64,000 nucleotides of DNA from Neoechinorhynchus agilis (lineage: Eukaryota; Animalia; Acanthocephala), in contig CM121342.1 of NCBI GenBank assembly GCA_051530055.1, positions 3,010,797 to 3,074,796 on the forward strand, in the 5' to 3' direction. The position numbers and the translations under genes were made by a program. The notes under the pieces were generated by a model. That model was not told the DNA's origin. It ran no database searches and worked only from the letters and a program-made list of their open reading frames with translations. Positions 53,145 to 64,000 of the stretch are shown here, piece after piece; positions within the stretch are counted from its first letter, which is position 1; each line of letters opens with the position of its first letter.

Positions 53145-53529
53145 GTCGAATCGAAGCTCTTAATAAAAAATCAATTAGAAATTCTTTAAATCTTGGTTTC
53201 AAAAAGAGCTCGTTACAGCACACAAAAACAGCATGTCCATTTAAGAGCTGGCTTTCAAGTTCGATCGAAATCGGGGCCTTCGAGCAAGATTGGCCCGAGT
53301 TTGAGGCGCTACTTGAGTCTGATAGGGGAAAATTTTAAAGAAAGTCTGATTTTAAAGAATTTTTCGACTTCTAAATGGATATTTGGAATCTTTTCTTGGG
53401 ATTCGTTGATCAATTTACGAAAAAATAGCACCCTAATATCGCTTATTTCGATATGTGAGTGCATGTTATGTTTTTGGAGGAGAAAGGATGTCTTTGCGAG
53501 GGACAACATTTTAGAATCAAAGATCGGAA

Positions 53530-54575
53530 ATGCCAAGTTCGACGGAATTGATCACTATATTGCTTTTTTCTCTTCTATTTGTTTATCTTCTCTTCAAAGT
53601 CTTCTCAAATGTGAGGTTGCTCAGTTCGTGCGGTCGAACATGCTTAATAATTGGACCGAGTGGCAGTGGAAAGACAAAGCTTTTTCTCGTGCTGAATGAT
53701 CAGACAGCAAGATCTTCGGTGACTTCACTGACCGCGAATGTCTCGGAGTATTCAGAATTGGTTCAATTAGTCGATCTACCTTCTCATCCTCGTTTGTGGA
53801 ACAAAAGTCGAACCTCGATTAAGTCTTATGACATTGGAAAAATTATTATGGTAATAAAACCCTTCGAAGATTCAGCAGGACTTTCCAAACATGAACATTT
53901 CCTACATGCTGCTGAGTTATTTCGGGATACTCTTTCGGAAATAAGCCACCGCCAAGATCCACTAGGACATGGATATTGCCATTCGTAGTAAAATCTTCAT
54001 CGTTTTAGAAAAAGAACACATATTCGGTCTGAGAAAAATCGAAGGCGAAAGTTACGATCCCATTGGATTTAGGGATCATCGTTTTTTAATTCGAATGTAT
54101 ACTTTGACTTTGGTTAACGAACTCTGCCAAAAACAACTCACATATTTTTAGGTTATAATATTGAGGTCGGTCCTCCAGTTCCGACAGGGAAGTCAAATTT
54201 TATCGTTATCAGATTTAAAAAATGAGTACTTTTAATTGGTAATCACTGATAACGATTTTTGTCAGGTTTCGAGGGCCGACTGCAAAATAATAACATATCT
54301 AACCGCCGCCTACTTTTTAAGAATGTGCAAAAATTCATGTCGCAAAATTGCCTGCTCTCGTAGTGTGGAATGATTGGCGCGAGGACGCCAAACAATTATT
54401 CGAAAACGGAAGGAGTGAATTAAACAAGCAAATTGTTGATACTGTGAGTAAATGCGAGGAAATACGTTCGAGTAGTTCAGTGGAGCAGTACGTGGAATCG
54501 TTTAATTGGCTAAAAGGCGATTTAAGTAAAGATGAATTCGTAAAAGAGGTCGGTGATTGGATTAAACAAAGCTAA
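53530..54575 (+). CDS. SRPRB: Signal recognition particle receptor beta subunit (splice path unresolved)
   Basis: N-terminal [40 protein letters not shown]; last exon [18 protein letters not shown]. Confidence 0.7.
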
Positions 54576-54596
54576 TTTTTGAGTTGAGTTTTTGGA

Positions 54597-54717
54597 CTTT
54601 ACGTTCTCATCTTCCCATTATAACGGAGGAATATTCGATAATGGAGAAGATATTGGAGAATCAAGTGGTTTTAGTATGCGGAGAAACGGGATCCGGCAAG
54701 ACTACTCAACTTCCTAG
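54597..54717 (+). pseudogene. DEAH-box helicase Walker A fragment (DHX37-like)
   Basis: [35 protein letters not shown]; no start codon; ends at the following insertion. Confidence 0.8.
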
Positions 54718-54719
54718 GA

Positions 54720-55410
54720 TGGGAGGGGTTTATGGTTTTTTCTAGCAGTACTGGGTGCTAGAGAGGAGGTGGGGGATTTAGATTAGGCCGAGGAGGAAGG
54801 GGGTTCGGTTTTAATGGTGTAGCAGAGTGAGACTTAGAATGCAAGGACGAGGGAAGAGGGGTATGCGGGATGATGAGAACGGAATTAAGGGAGAAGATTG
54901 TTGAGGAGTAGTCGAATTTGAGTGTGGAGAGGAGTTTTGGAGGGCGTCGACAGCAAAGGGTGGGTGGACAGTATTTAAAGGGTGAAGCGAGGGAGAAGAG
55001 GAGGTTTGGGGTGGGGAAACTGAAGATGGAAGGGGTTGGGGATTAGGGGTTTGGGAGTGGTTAGTATTGGGAAGGGGGGGGACCGGAGAACACGGTTTGG
55101 GCCAGGCGGCAGTACAGAAACCGCAAATGAATTTCCGGCCTGCTGCCCAAGTACTTGAGACGCATATTTGAGTTGTAAAAGGGCAGTCGTCCATGTTGCA
55201 GGGAACGAGCTTGGTGGTTGGGCGCTTTGGCCTCGGCATCTTTGATTGTAAGTTTTAAATAACCGAGGAATTCAATTGCTTGTACGACGATGAATAAGAC
55301 GATGACGTAACGCATTGTGCAATGCGTTACTAAGAAAAGATTTTTGTTAGGAACTTGTTTGTAAGTTTTTAAATATGTGAGTTCGTCTGATATGTGATGT
55401 GAGTTCGTCT
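54720..55410 (-). mobile_element. Probable LINE 5' region/ORF1 with partial PHD-like Cys cluster and Pro/Ser-rich tail
   Basis: PCNMDDC..QICV..RKFICGFC then a P/S-rich stretch; strong G/A strand skew; 22-23-nt tandem duplication atgtgagttcgtctgatatgtg at its left (5') border, ~55375-55418. Confidence 0.5.
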
Positions 55411-55477
55411 GATATGTGCCCCATCCGACTCTTATGGAACACATTTTTATTCTGGGTTTATTAATCAAAACTAAAAC

Positions 55478-56677
55478 TCATGCCGTTTCTTTTCCAACTT
55501 CAAACTCAAACCCATGCTTTTTCACAATGGCATACTTCGTGAATCCTTCACTCACGGTCTTCTTTATCGTATACAATGCCGCTTGGCCAAGCACAGCTCC
55601 AGTGTAACGTTTTTGGCTTAAAAAAGTAAGAAGATCAAACTTGTCTTGTTTTAATCCCAAGCTAGGTTCGATTGAAGAATTACATAAATATTCAACTAAA
55701 GGATATCGGGTATCCTTCAGTGTTATCAATCCTTCTTCACTCGAACATAGAGCTCCAATCAATTTGATGAAAGCAACTCTATACTCGGGAAAGGGTGTTT
55801 GTTCGTATTTTCGACAAATTTCATCTAAATGGATTTGAGCAACTAGTTCGCGAGTTTCTTCGACCCATCGATGAATGAATATATCCTCCAGTGAGTGAAA
55901 TACAGCAAGACACATTTGCATATTGGCCAAGGTTCCTCGCCTCATTCGATCCACGCCGTCGATGAGTGTAGCAAGAAAATGTTTATGAAGACCGAGTTCC
56001 ACCCAACCTTTTCCAAGAATATTGAAAACTACACAAAACTCCATTTCAGAATGGCGATAGGCAGTATTGTTGAGATAGTTATTGACCATAGTTATGAGGC
56101 GCTCTCGCCATTCTGAATTGCAAAGACTTAGTTTGTATAGAAGGTCGAATTGATCTGGGTTTCTAAGATGGTCGTCAAATGTCTCACATATTGAACATAA
56201 TAGATTCTGAAGTGAGTCACTCATTGTATAAAGAAGAAGATCGTTGGCTAGGGTGTTAATAACATTTGCTCTCAGTAGTTCGTCTTCCTTTTGAGTAGCG
56301 TCCTCTAAAACCATAGAAGCGAATTTCTCTTTGTCACACATTAATGAAGTGAGTTTGTAAAATACAACACGATTCCAATCGGTCTTTATCTCATCTAATC
56401 GTCGAAGAATAGATTCTTGCACTCTTGTGCTTGACTTTAGTGCTGATTTGAATGTAGTTTCGAAATCACTGTTGTGATCGGCGCCGACTGCCCATAAAAG
56501 CAGCTTTTTAATAGTACTTTCATCCTTAGGTGTGGGTTGATCGAGTAAGAACTGTAGAATGCGGCCAGATTGGTCAACTATGTCTTCTTGTGTGAATTTA
56601 GTCTCAATAAATCTATCGCTTCTAATACAGTCTAGTATCCATCTTTTAATTGAATCATTAGTGATAACGGAATCCAT
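55478..56677 (-). CDS. PSMD5: 26S proteasome non-ATPase regulatory subunit 5 (S5b/Hsm3 chaperone), intronless ORF
   Basis: PFPEYRVAFIKL..VEYLCNSSIEP..KQDKFDLL..SEG matches the S5b C-terminus (PFPELHCAALKV..VEYVVDRSVE..KDAKYELV); helical-repeat character. Confidence 0.8.
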   Translation of the reverse strand: MDSVITNDSIKRWILDCIRSDRFIETKFTQEDIVDQSGRILQFLLDQPTPKDESTIKKLLLWAVGADHNSDFETTFKSALKSSTRVQESILRRLDEIKTDWNRVVFYKLTSLMCDKEKFASMVLEDATQKEDELLRANVINTLANDLLLYTMSDSLQNLLCSICETFDDHLRNPDQFDLLYKLSLCNSEWRERLITMVNNYLNNTAYRHSEMEFCVVFNILGKGWVELGLHKHFLATLIDGVDRMRRGTLANMQMCLAVFHSLEDIFIHRWVEETRELVAQIHLDEICRKYEQTPFPEYRVAFIKLIGALCSSEEGLITLKDTRYPLVEYLCNSSIEPSLGLKQDKFDLLTFLSQKRYTGAVLGQAALYTIKKTVSEGFTKYAIVKKHGFEFEVGKETA

Positions 56678-57336
56678 CTAAAAATAACGATTACTCATAA
56701 GAATGGTTATCGATTTGTACAAATTGTTTTTTTTCGACAAAAAACATATGGGAGGAATAGATAAAAACATTTCAAATAAAACAATTTTTGAACGTTCCAC
56801 ATGGAGTTACTATCTAAGGTTCAACTTAAAAATCAAAAACGCTAATGATCGACAAGTACATATTTTAGAAGAAAATTATGTCTTATGAAATACTTAACAG
56901 CATTTGTAACAATTGATTTTAATGGCCTTTAAAAATGCGTAAATTTGTGCGCCTTAATTTCAATTTATTTTTCGGCGATTCACGTAAAAGAAAACGATTG
57001 CAAGTCAAAGTCTGGCAAGTATTTGTATGATTGGATAAATTTAGATTGACTATTTGTGACCAATTCCGCTCGATTTTGTGCTATTTGGTTAACAAAAAAG
57101 ATAGTTTTAGACGATAGGTTGCAGAGGACCTGAATCGGAATTAGTACAAAGGGGCAGCTTTTCTCGAAATGAAACCGAGAAATGTGGGCTTTGTGTTCAT
57201 TGCAATTCGGAATGAGGTCATAATTTTTCAAATGGGCAAAAAATTAGGGATTACCTACGAGATTGACCCAGTTTTTGTATCTTAAAACAAAGACAATCAA
57301 ATCCACACAAACACAAAAAAATAAATTCAATGGTAA

Positions 57337-59984
57337 CTAAGGCGGCATGCGAGTTCCAGCATCCAACCTAATGACTTCTCCATTTAAATATGGATGATCT
57401 ATGATCATTTCGACAAATTGCGCGAACTCTTCTGGACTACCAAGTCGTCGTGGCCAAAGCATAGTTTTTGCCAAGAATTTCTTAGCTCGATCAGGAATTG
57501 TTTCATCGATAAGTTTTGTTAAAAATATTCCGGGTGCAATTGTACAAACCCGTATACCGTACATTGAAAGATCTCGAGCCAACGGAAGGGTCATCGCTGC
57601 GATAGCGCCTTTGCTGGCAGCATAGGCAACTTGACCGATTTGACCATCAAATGCTGCAATACTCGATACATTGACTATTACAGGAGTCGATTTTATTTCT
57701 TCTTTGGATTCATCGATATCATCAAACATTTTTTCGTGAATTTCTTGGGATGTTTGCGGTAACGGAATAGCCATTTTGTTATCAGGGATCATTAGTGAAC
57801 AACAAAGCCGTGTTACGTTAAACGTTCCAACGACGTTTGTGTTCAAAATCGACTTGAAATCTTCTATAACAGATTATCTCGTCGGATAAAAGAGAAAAAA
57901 TGCGACTTTAATTAATCATTCAAAACATTGTTATTGATTTTGTTTAAGAGTGAGTAGGCGGCACATCCATTGGAAACATTGTTTACAATAATTAATAACA
58001 TACCATTGATTTTTTGCAATAAGAAATTTTTTATTGTCTTTAATACATCTACTCAGTTCATGGTGTATTGTTCAAAACGAACACCTAGAACGCTCAAGTT
58101 GGATTCTTTGTGGAATTTAAAGAAAATAGATGAATTTGAAGCACAATTGCGAAAAATAAAAATTTTCAATGAAAAGAACTGTCTTTTGGTAAGAAAGGCT
58201 TTCTTGTTTTTTTCTCTGCAAACAATTTGAGTTACCGACGTGAAATATCGGGGAAATAAATTAGTGAATTTAAATCCAGGGTAGGAAAACTACCAAAAGA
58301 AAGTATATTTTCCCCGAATCCATTTTAGCCGATTTTATGATTTCGAGGTCAAACTTTTGAATGAAATAAGGAAGCTAAATCTTCAAATCTTAGAATTTTT
58401 AAGATTCCACAACGATATTTTAGTGCCGTCGGAGCAAGCAGTGTAGAATTTTTAACAAAGCCAAATATTTTTTATCAGAAAATCATTTATGCGATTAAGA
58501 AAAGGAAGGCAACAGAGAATAAAAATGTTTCACCTTTCACATTGAAACATTTATAAATAAAATATGGTATGAAATTTAAAAATAAATGCAATTAAGATTT
58601 TATAAGTACAGTGAAACGTCGATTATCCGAAACTTCAATTATCCGCATCATCCTACTCAAATACTTTTGCTAACAGCGAAAAAACAAAAAGTAAGTATTT
58701 TAAAAAGTAAAAGCTAAAATTATGTAATTCTCTTCGCTAATTTTCTTTTTTTAAAAACTTCCATGAGACACCGAAAAAATATCGTATCCAAACGGTGACC
58801 GCTCCCAATTAATTCGCGAATAAACGAAGTTCTAATGCCTTTAATTTTTGGAACAAAAGTTCCTATTTGAGATTTTTATAATGAAATCTTTTCCTATGCT
58901 GTCAAAGAAAACGAACTTTAAGTATATTTTTGAGGAAAATTGTTTCTTAAAGCCAAATACAAGGGAAAGTAGATTATCCGAAACGTCGGCTTTTGTCCGG
59001 AATGTTCTCCTACTCAACTACTTTTGCTAAAAGATAATCAGAGACTTTACAGCGAAAAAACTAAAATGTACGATGGTAAAAAGAGATCAAATAAGTGATT
59101 ATTTTCATCAATAAAGCTAAAATTGTGTAATTCTTTTCCCCTAGTTTTTCCCGAAAGTTAAGAACTTTGATATCTGTAGTCTATGTTTAAAAAGTGGATA
59201 CACTGGGTTATCCAGAATTTTTTTGTCCGCTCCCAATTAATTCGCGAATAAACGACCATGCCGATTGGTTGTTATTAACCGAAACACGAAAACAATCGGC
59301 GTACGCGATTAAGAAAAGGAAGGCAACAGAGAATAAAAATGTTTCACCTTTCACATTGAAACATTTATAAATAAAATATGGTATGAAATTTAAAAATAAA
59401 TGCAATTAAGATTTTATAAGTACAGTGAAACGTCGATTATCCGAAACTTCAATTATCCGCATCATCCTACTCAAATACTTTTGCTAACAGCGAAAAAACA
59501 AAAAGTAAGTATTTTAAAAAGTAAAAGCTAAAATTATGTAATTCTCTTCGCTAATTTTCTTTTTTTAAAAACTTCCATGAGACACCGAAAAAATATCTTA
59601 TCCAAACGGTGACCGCTCCCAATTAATTCGCGAATAAACGATGTGTAATAAGGGGAAAACGAGATTATCCGTTTTTAAACTGTGAACCCGTTGCTTAGCG
59701 TGATTATAAATCCGAAAGGCCCTTGCGATTCCAGCACAGTTGACGAGCACATCAAGACGTTTATCGAACCTTTCCGAGATTTGCTCAATTGCCGTTTTCA
59801 TGGCCGTTTCGTCGGAGACATCAGCCTGAATGTCCAAAAAACGGTCCAGTGTCTCCTGATTGCCTGATTTCACCAAATCAACGGAAGCTACCAAATTATC
59901 CGGATGCTTCGAAAGTAGACGTTGAACCACTGCTCGGCCGAGTCCAGAAGATCCACCTGTTACCAAACAACGAAGAACACTCAT
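57337..59984 (-). CDS. HSD17B10: 3-hydroxyacyl-CoA dehydrogenase type 2 (SDR5C1/scully), two exons
   Basis: TGGSSGLG, LVNCAGIA, NVVGTFNVTRL, SSIAAFDGQIGQVAYAASKG, GIRVCTIAPGIF, YLNGEVIRLDAGTRMPP. GT-AG intron 57864-59680 is in frame. Confidence 0.95.
57867..59675. mobile_element. TA-flanked composite non-autonomous insertion with pogo/Tc1-like TIR motifs
   Basis: TA at 57865-66 and 59676-77; imperfect terminal IR (13/16); two TA-CAGTGAAACGTCGATTATCCG motifs (58607, 59421) inside a 337-bp direct repeat (58491-58827, 59305-59641). Confidence 0.65.
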
Positions 59985-60257
59985 TTAAGGTTCAATTGTT
60001 CATTAAACAGTGGACGAATTGAAGAATATAGGACTAAACGAAAGAATAGCACCAGTTGGGAAACGTAGGATATCATCCATTGAAGCGATTGAAAATTCAA
60101 GCTATCGAACACTTTCTGAATTGGAGTTAAGTTTGAAACGATAGAGAATGTTTCTTTAATGGTCGATAATAAAGCACAATTTATTTCCTTTTAATTTGAA
60201 ACACAAATTTTAGTAATAGTATTTAATCGCTTATTCTTAATAAGGCAAATATTGAAC

Positions 60258-62012
60258 TTGCTTATTTTATTTAGATTTTTTGGTCTGTTTTCCTCGATTT
60301 AATATTGCCTTCCTTGAACATGCGAAAATTAAAATATTTAATTTTAATAAATCTCTAAAAATGCCGATAAATCTGCTTCCGAAAAAAATTAAAAGTATTC
60401 TGCTTTCAAAGTTTGCTTATTTTATTTAGATTTTTTGGTCTGTTTCCCTCGATTTAATATTGCCTTCCTTGAACATGCGAAAATTAAAATATTTAATTTT
60501 AATAAATCTCTAAAAATGCCGATAAATCTGCTTCCGAAAAAAATTAAAAGTATTCTGCTTTCAAAATTTGCTTATTTTATTTAGATTTTTTGGTCTGTTT
60601 TCCTCGATTTAATATTGCCTTCCTTGAACATGCGAAAATTAAAATATTTAATTTTAATAAATCTCTAAAAATGCCGATAAATCTGCTTCCGAAAAAAATT
60701 AAAAGTATTCTGCTTTCAAAGTTTGCTTATTTTATTTAGATTTTTTGGTCTGTTTCCCTCGATTTAATATTGCCTTCCTTGAACATGCGAAAATTAAAAT
60801 ATTTAATTTTAATAAATCTCTAAAAATGCCGATAAATCTGCTTCCGAAAAAAATTAAAAGTATTCTGCTTTCAAAATTTGCTTATTTTATTTAGATTTTT
60901 TGTCTGTTTCCCTCGATTTAATATTGCCTTCCTTGAACATGCGAAAATTAAAATATTTAATTTTAATAAATCTCTAAAATGCCGATAAATCTGCTTCCGA
61001 AAAAAATTAAAAGTATTCTGCTTTCAAAGTTTGCTTATTTTATTTAGATTTTTTGGTCTGTTTCCCTCGATTTAATATTGCCTTCCTTGAACATGCGAAA
61101 ATTAAAATATTTAATTTTAATAAATCTCTAAAAATGCCGATAAATCTGCTTCCGAAAAAAATTAAAAGTATTCTGCTTTCAAAGTTTGCTTATTTTATTT
61201 AGATTTTTTGGTCTGTTTCCCTCGATTTAATATTGCCTTCCTTGAACATGCGAAAATTAAAATATTTAATTTTAATAAATCTCTAAAAATGCCGATAAAT
61301 CTGCTTCCGAAAAAAATTAAAAGTATTCTGCTTTCAAAGTTTGCTTATTTTATTTAGATTTTTTGGTCTGTTTCCCTCGATTTAATATTGCCTTCCTTGA
61401 ACATGCGAAAATTAAAATATTTAATTTTAATAAATCTCTAAAAATGCCGATAAATCTGCTTCCGAAAAAAATTAAAAGTATTCTGCTTTCAAAATTTGCT
61501 TATTTTATTTAGATTTTTTGTCTGTTTCCCTCGATTTAATATTGCCTTCCTTGAACATGCGAAAATTAAAATATTTAATTTTAATAAATCTCTAAAAATG
61601 CCGATAAATCTGCTTCCGAAAAAAATTAAAAGTATTCTGCTTTCAAAGTTTGCTTATTTTATTTAGATTTTTTGTCTGTTTCCCTCGATTTAATATTGCC
61701 TTCCTTGAACATGCGAAAATTAAAATATTTAATTTTAATAAATCTCTAAAAATGCCGATAAATCTGCTTCCGAAAAAAATTAAAAGTATTCTGCTTTCAA
61801 AGTTTGCTTATTTTATTTAGATTTTTTGGTCTGTTTTCCTCGATTTAATATTGCCTTCCTTGAACATGCGAAAATTAAAATATTTAATTTTAATAAATCT
61901 CTAAAAATGCCGATAAATCTGCTTCCGAAAAAAATTAAAAGTATTCCGCTTTCAAAATTTGCTTATTTTATTTAAATTTTTTGTCTGTTTCCCTCGATTT
62001 AAAATTGCCTTC
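60258..62012. repeat. Tandem satellite, ~155-bp unit, ~11.3 near-identical copies
   Basis: ttgcttattttatttagatttttt... starts at 60258, 60413, 60568, 60723, 60878, 61031, 61186, 61341, 61496, 61650, 61804 and 61959. Confidence 0.97.
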
Positions 62013-62508
62013 AATTGTTCGTAATATTGGGTTTTTCTGCTCTTTATTGACTCCATTATGGCACTTTCTGTTCTTTTGGTATTCTTGGTCTTATAATCGT
62101 GCTAATGTCTTTTTGTCTGCACCAATGATAAAAAATATAAGACAGGATTATTTCTTACAATTATTATATTTATTTTTCTCCTTGTTTAACTCTTCTATTC
62201 TTCACTTGGAAGCAAACTTTCTATGTATTTGAGTGCATAAATTGATCTTGTTGATTAATGTGTTCTGTTAAGTCGAAACGATTGAAACTTTTTTAATTGC
62301 GCGTAGTTTTAGAAGATTGACAAACTGAAGATCAATTTTTGAGTTAAATCTGATTTATTGAAGCTGATCATTTTTCGATAGGTCACAAAATCTACTTAGA
62401 TTTCCTAAAAGATACCAGACTGAAGATGACCGCTTGCATTTCCTTTATGTCGTCTCGTCAGGATAAAAAAATTACATAATTTTCTCTTTTATTAGAATTG
62501 CAGACACG

Positions 62509-63440
62509 ATGAAACTCAGTTTGATTCGACAACTAAAGCTCTTGCCTTCGATTTCACGTCTGAATCGTTTTGCGGCTCATAAAGCAAAATCAACTTCATC
62601 TCCTTCCTCATTTGAGGAAGATGAAAAATTACAGGTACAACGACAACGTTTAAAAGAAAAGATCGATAAGCGTCAATGGATTCGACTTTCTGATATTCCG
62701 ATTCAAGACCGTCAAAAGTACCAACAAACAATGCTTATGCTCCGTTTGGTAGAAGTAACGAGTTCATTGGCACAGATTGGTCTTGGAACTGCCATTGTTT
62801 ATTTCCTTTATAAAAAAGCAACCGGAAATAAAGATAAAAAGAAGACAGTGACTGCTTTTGATGTATTTACAACCAAGTCCGGTTGTGTATTGCCAAAGGT
62901 TAATCAATCGGAGGCAGACGAGTCGGACATTTCAATTGATCGGCTCAAGTCTAACGATGTCGTAATCACAGGAATGCCTCGATCTGGTGAGACGACTATA
63001 CTTTTATATTTTTATCTGTGACATTTTCAGGAATGTCTCTGGTGAGGGAGATTGCTTGGCTTTTGCGAAACCATTGTGATTTGGAGAAAGCAAAGAACAT
63101 TTTATCGGATATTAGGACTCCTTGTCTACACCGGACGCTTGCTGGAGATCCAAAAGGGTTCCTAATCGAATACACTGAAGACGAAACTAATTCTGGGATC
63201 TATACTAGTCTTATTCCTTTAATTGCAGGTATTTTAAGAGTAGGAAGTTTCTCTCTTATTTTAAAAAGGTTACAAATGAGCGTGGTTTTATTTTTTAATT
63301 CTCGCCTAATCGAGGTTAATACTTCTTTGACTTGAAGAACAACGAGTTTTTAAGCTGTTAAGACAAGCAGAAATGTTACGAGACCGAAATTTATTTTACA
63401 TGGGAGCTAAAAACACTCAAATTGGACACCATGGGACATT
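62509..63440 (+). CDS. Divergent cytosolic-type sulfotransferase-like protein with N-terminal targeting-like peptide and TM segment; 3' end unresolved
   Basis: NDVVITGMPRSG|intron|MSLVREIAWLLRNHCDLEKAK..IRTPCL resembles SULT DDVxIxTYPKSGTTWxxEIVWLIxNxxDxExA..RxPFL. Confidence 0.6.
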
Positions 63441-64000
63441 TAATGTAGGCACTTATCTCTTTTTTGTTGTCGATTCGCACTGTCCTACTCTTCGGTCCAT
63501 TATTCTCTAGCTTCTTTATGCATTCCCAAGACTTTCCTTTTAACCTCAATGCCCCAATCAACACCTCCTTTCACAAGTTCCTTTTAAGAGAATTCTTTGT
63601 CGCAAGACATTCCCATAAACATTCTTAGCAATACACTTTCTATCGCAAAAGCATTCTCGGATTTCTCATCTTTTCTTAGTTATTCTTTATTCCCAATGAA
63701 ACAGATATGTTTATTAAGATTATGTTGCAATCGGACTTACGACAATAAACTTACTCGGGAGTTTCCTTTTTGGTCAGGAATGGTGAGACATCATTCACTT
63801 CTCTATACCGCATTATCATTCCTCTGCTATGCAATTTACATTCTCCGTATGTTTTGCAGACGTCTCATCTTCCCCTCGTGGCATCATTCACATCCACTGA
63901 TTCTCCTTTTTCCTTATTATCCACCAAGTTCTTCATCACTTCTTTTTTTGCGCCTGCTCTTACTACCGTCTCTCACTCCGAAGATATTTTCCTAAAATCG

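Noticed and set aside
63440-64000. Minus-strand ARM-like phrase KELVKGGVIGALR and ORF 63597..63995
   Set aside because: Interrupted by stops, low complexity, and cut by the window edge.

Overview
AT-rich eukaryotic (metazoan-type) genomic DNA from a compact-genome, fast-evolving animal, probably ciliated because a DRC11/IQCA1 homolog is present. Typical introns are 40-60 nt and GT-AG. There is no prokaryotic, CRISPR, rRNA or tRNA signal. Recognisable host genes: TBCK, IQCA1, a class V PLP aminotransferase, a DD3-3-like protein, POFUT1, DSCC1, CIR1, SRPRB, PSMD5, HSD17B10 and a divergent sulfotransferase. Between them lie decayed elements (Ty3/Gypsy, CRE, Penelope GIY-YIG, LINE RT and ORF1, a hairpin MITE family, pogo-like TIRs), two satellite arrays (~109 bp and ~155 bp units) and broken gene pieces (trehalase, SLC22, DEAH helicase). 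Most notable observations: (1) an intronless gene encoding five tandem TFIIS-N-like helical domains, present in three copies, two of them tail-to-tail in an ~11 kb spacerless palindrome whose fold-back point removed the AATAAA still present next to the third copy; (2) a 1.8 kb TA-flanked insertion into a HSD17B10 exon that can be spliced out in frame, i.e. a transposon-born intron; (3) pyrimidine-AG acceptors just before most start codons, and a 40-nt DSCC1-POFUT1 spacer, suggesting SL trans-splicing or operons; (4) a shattered trehalase in which one duplicated promoter and signal-peptide start drives two divergent ORFs. All protein assignments come from motif recognition by eye; no database searches were run.
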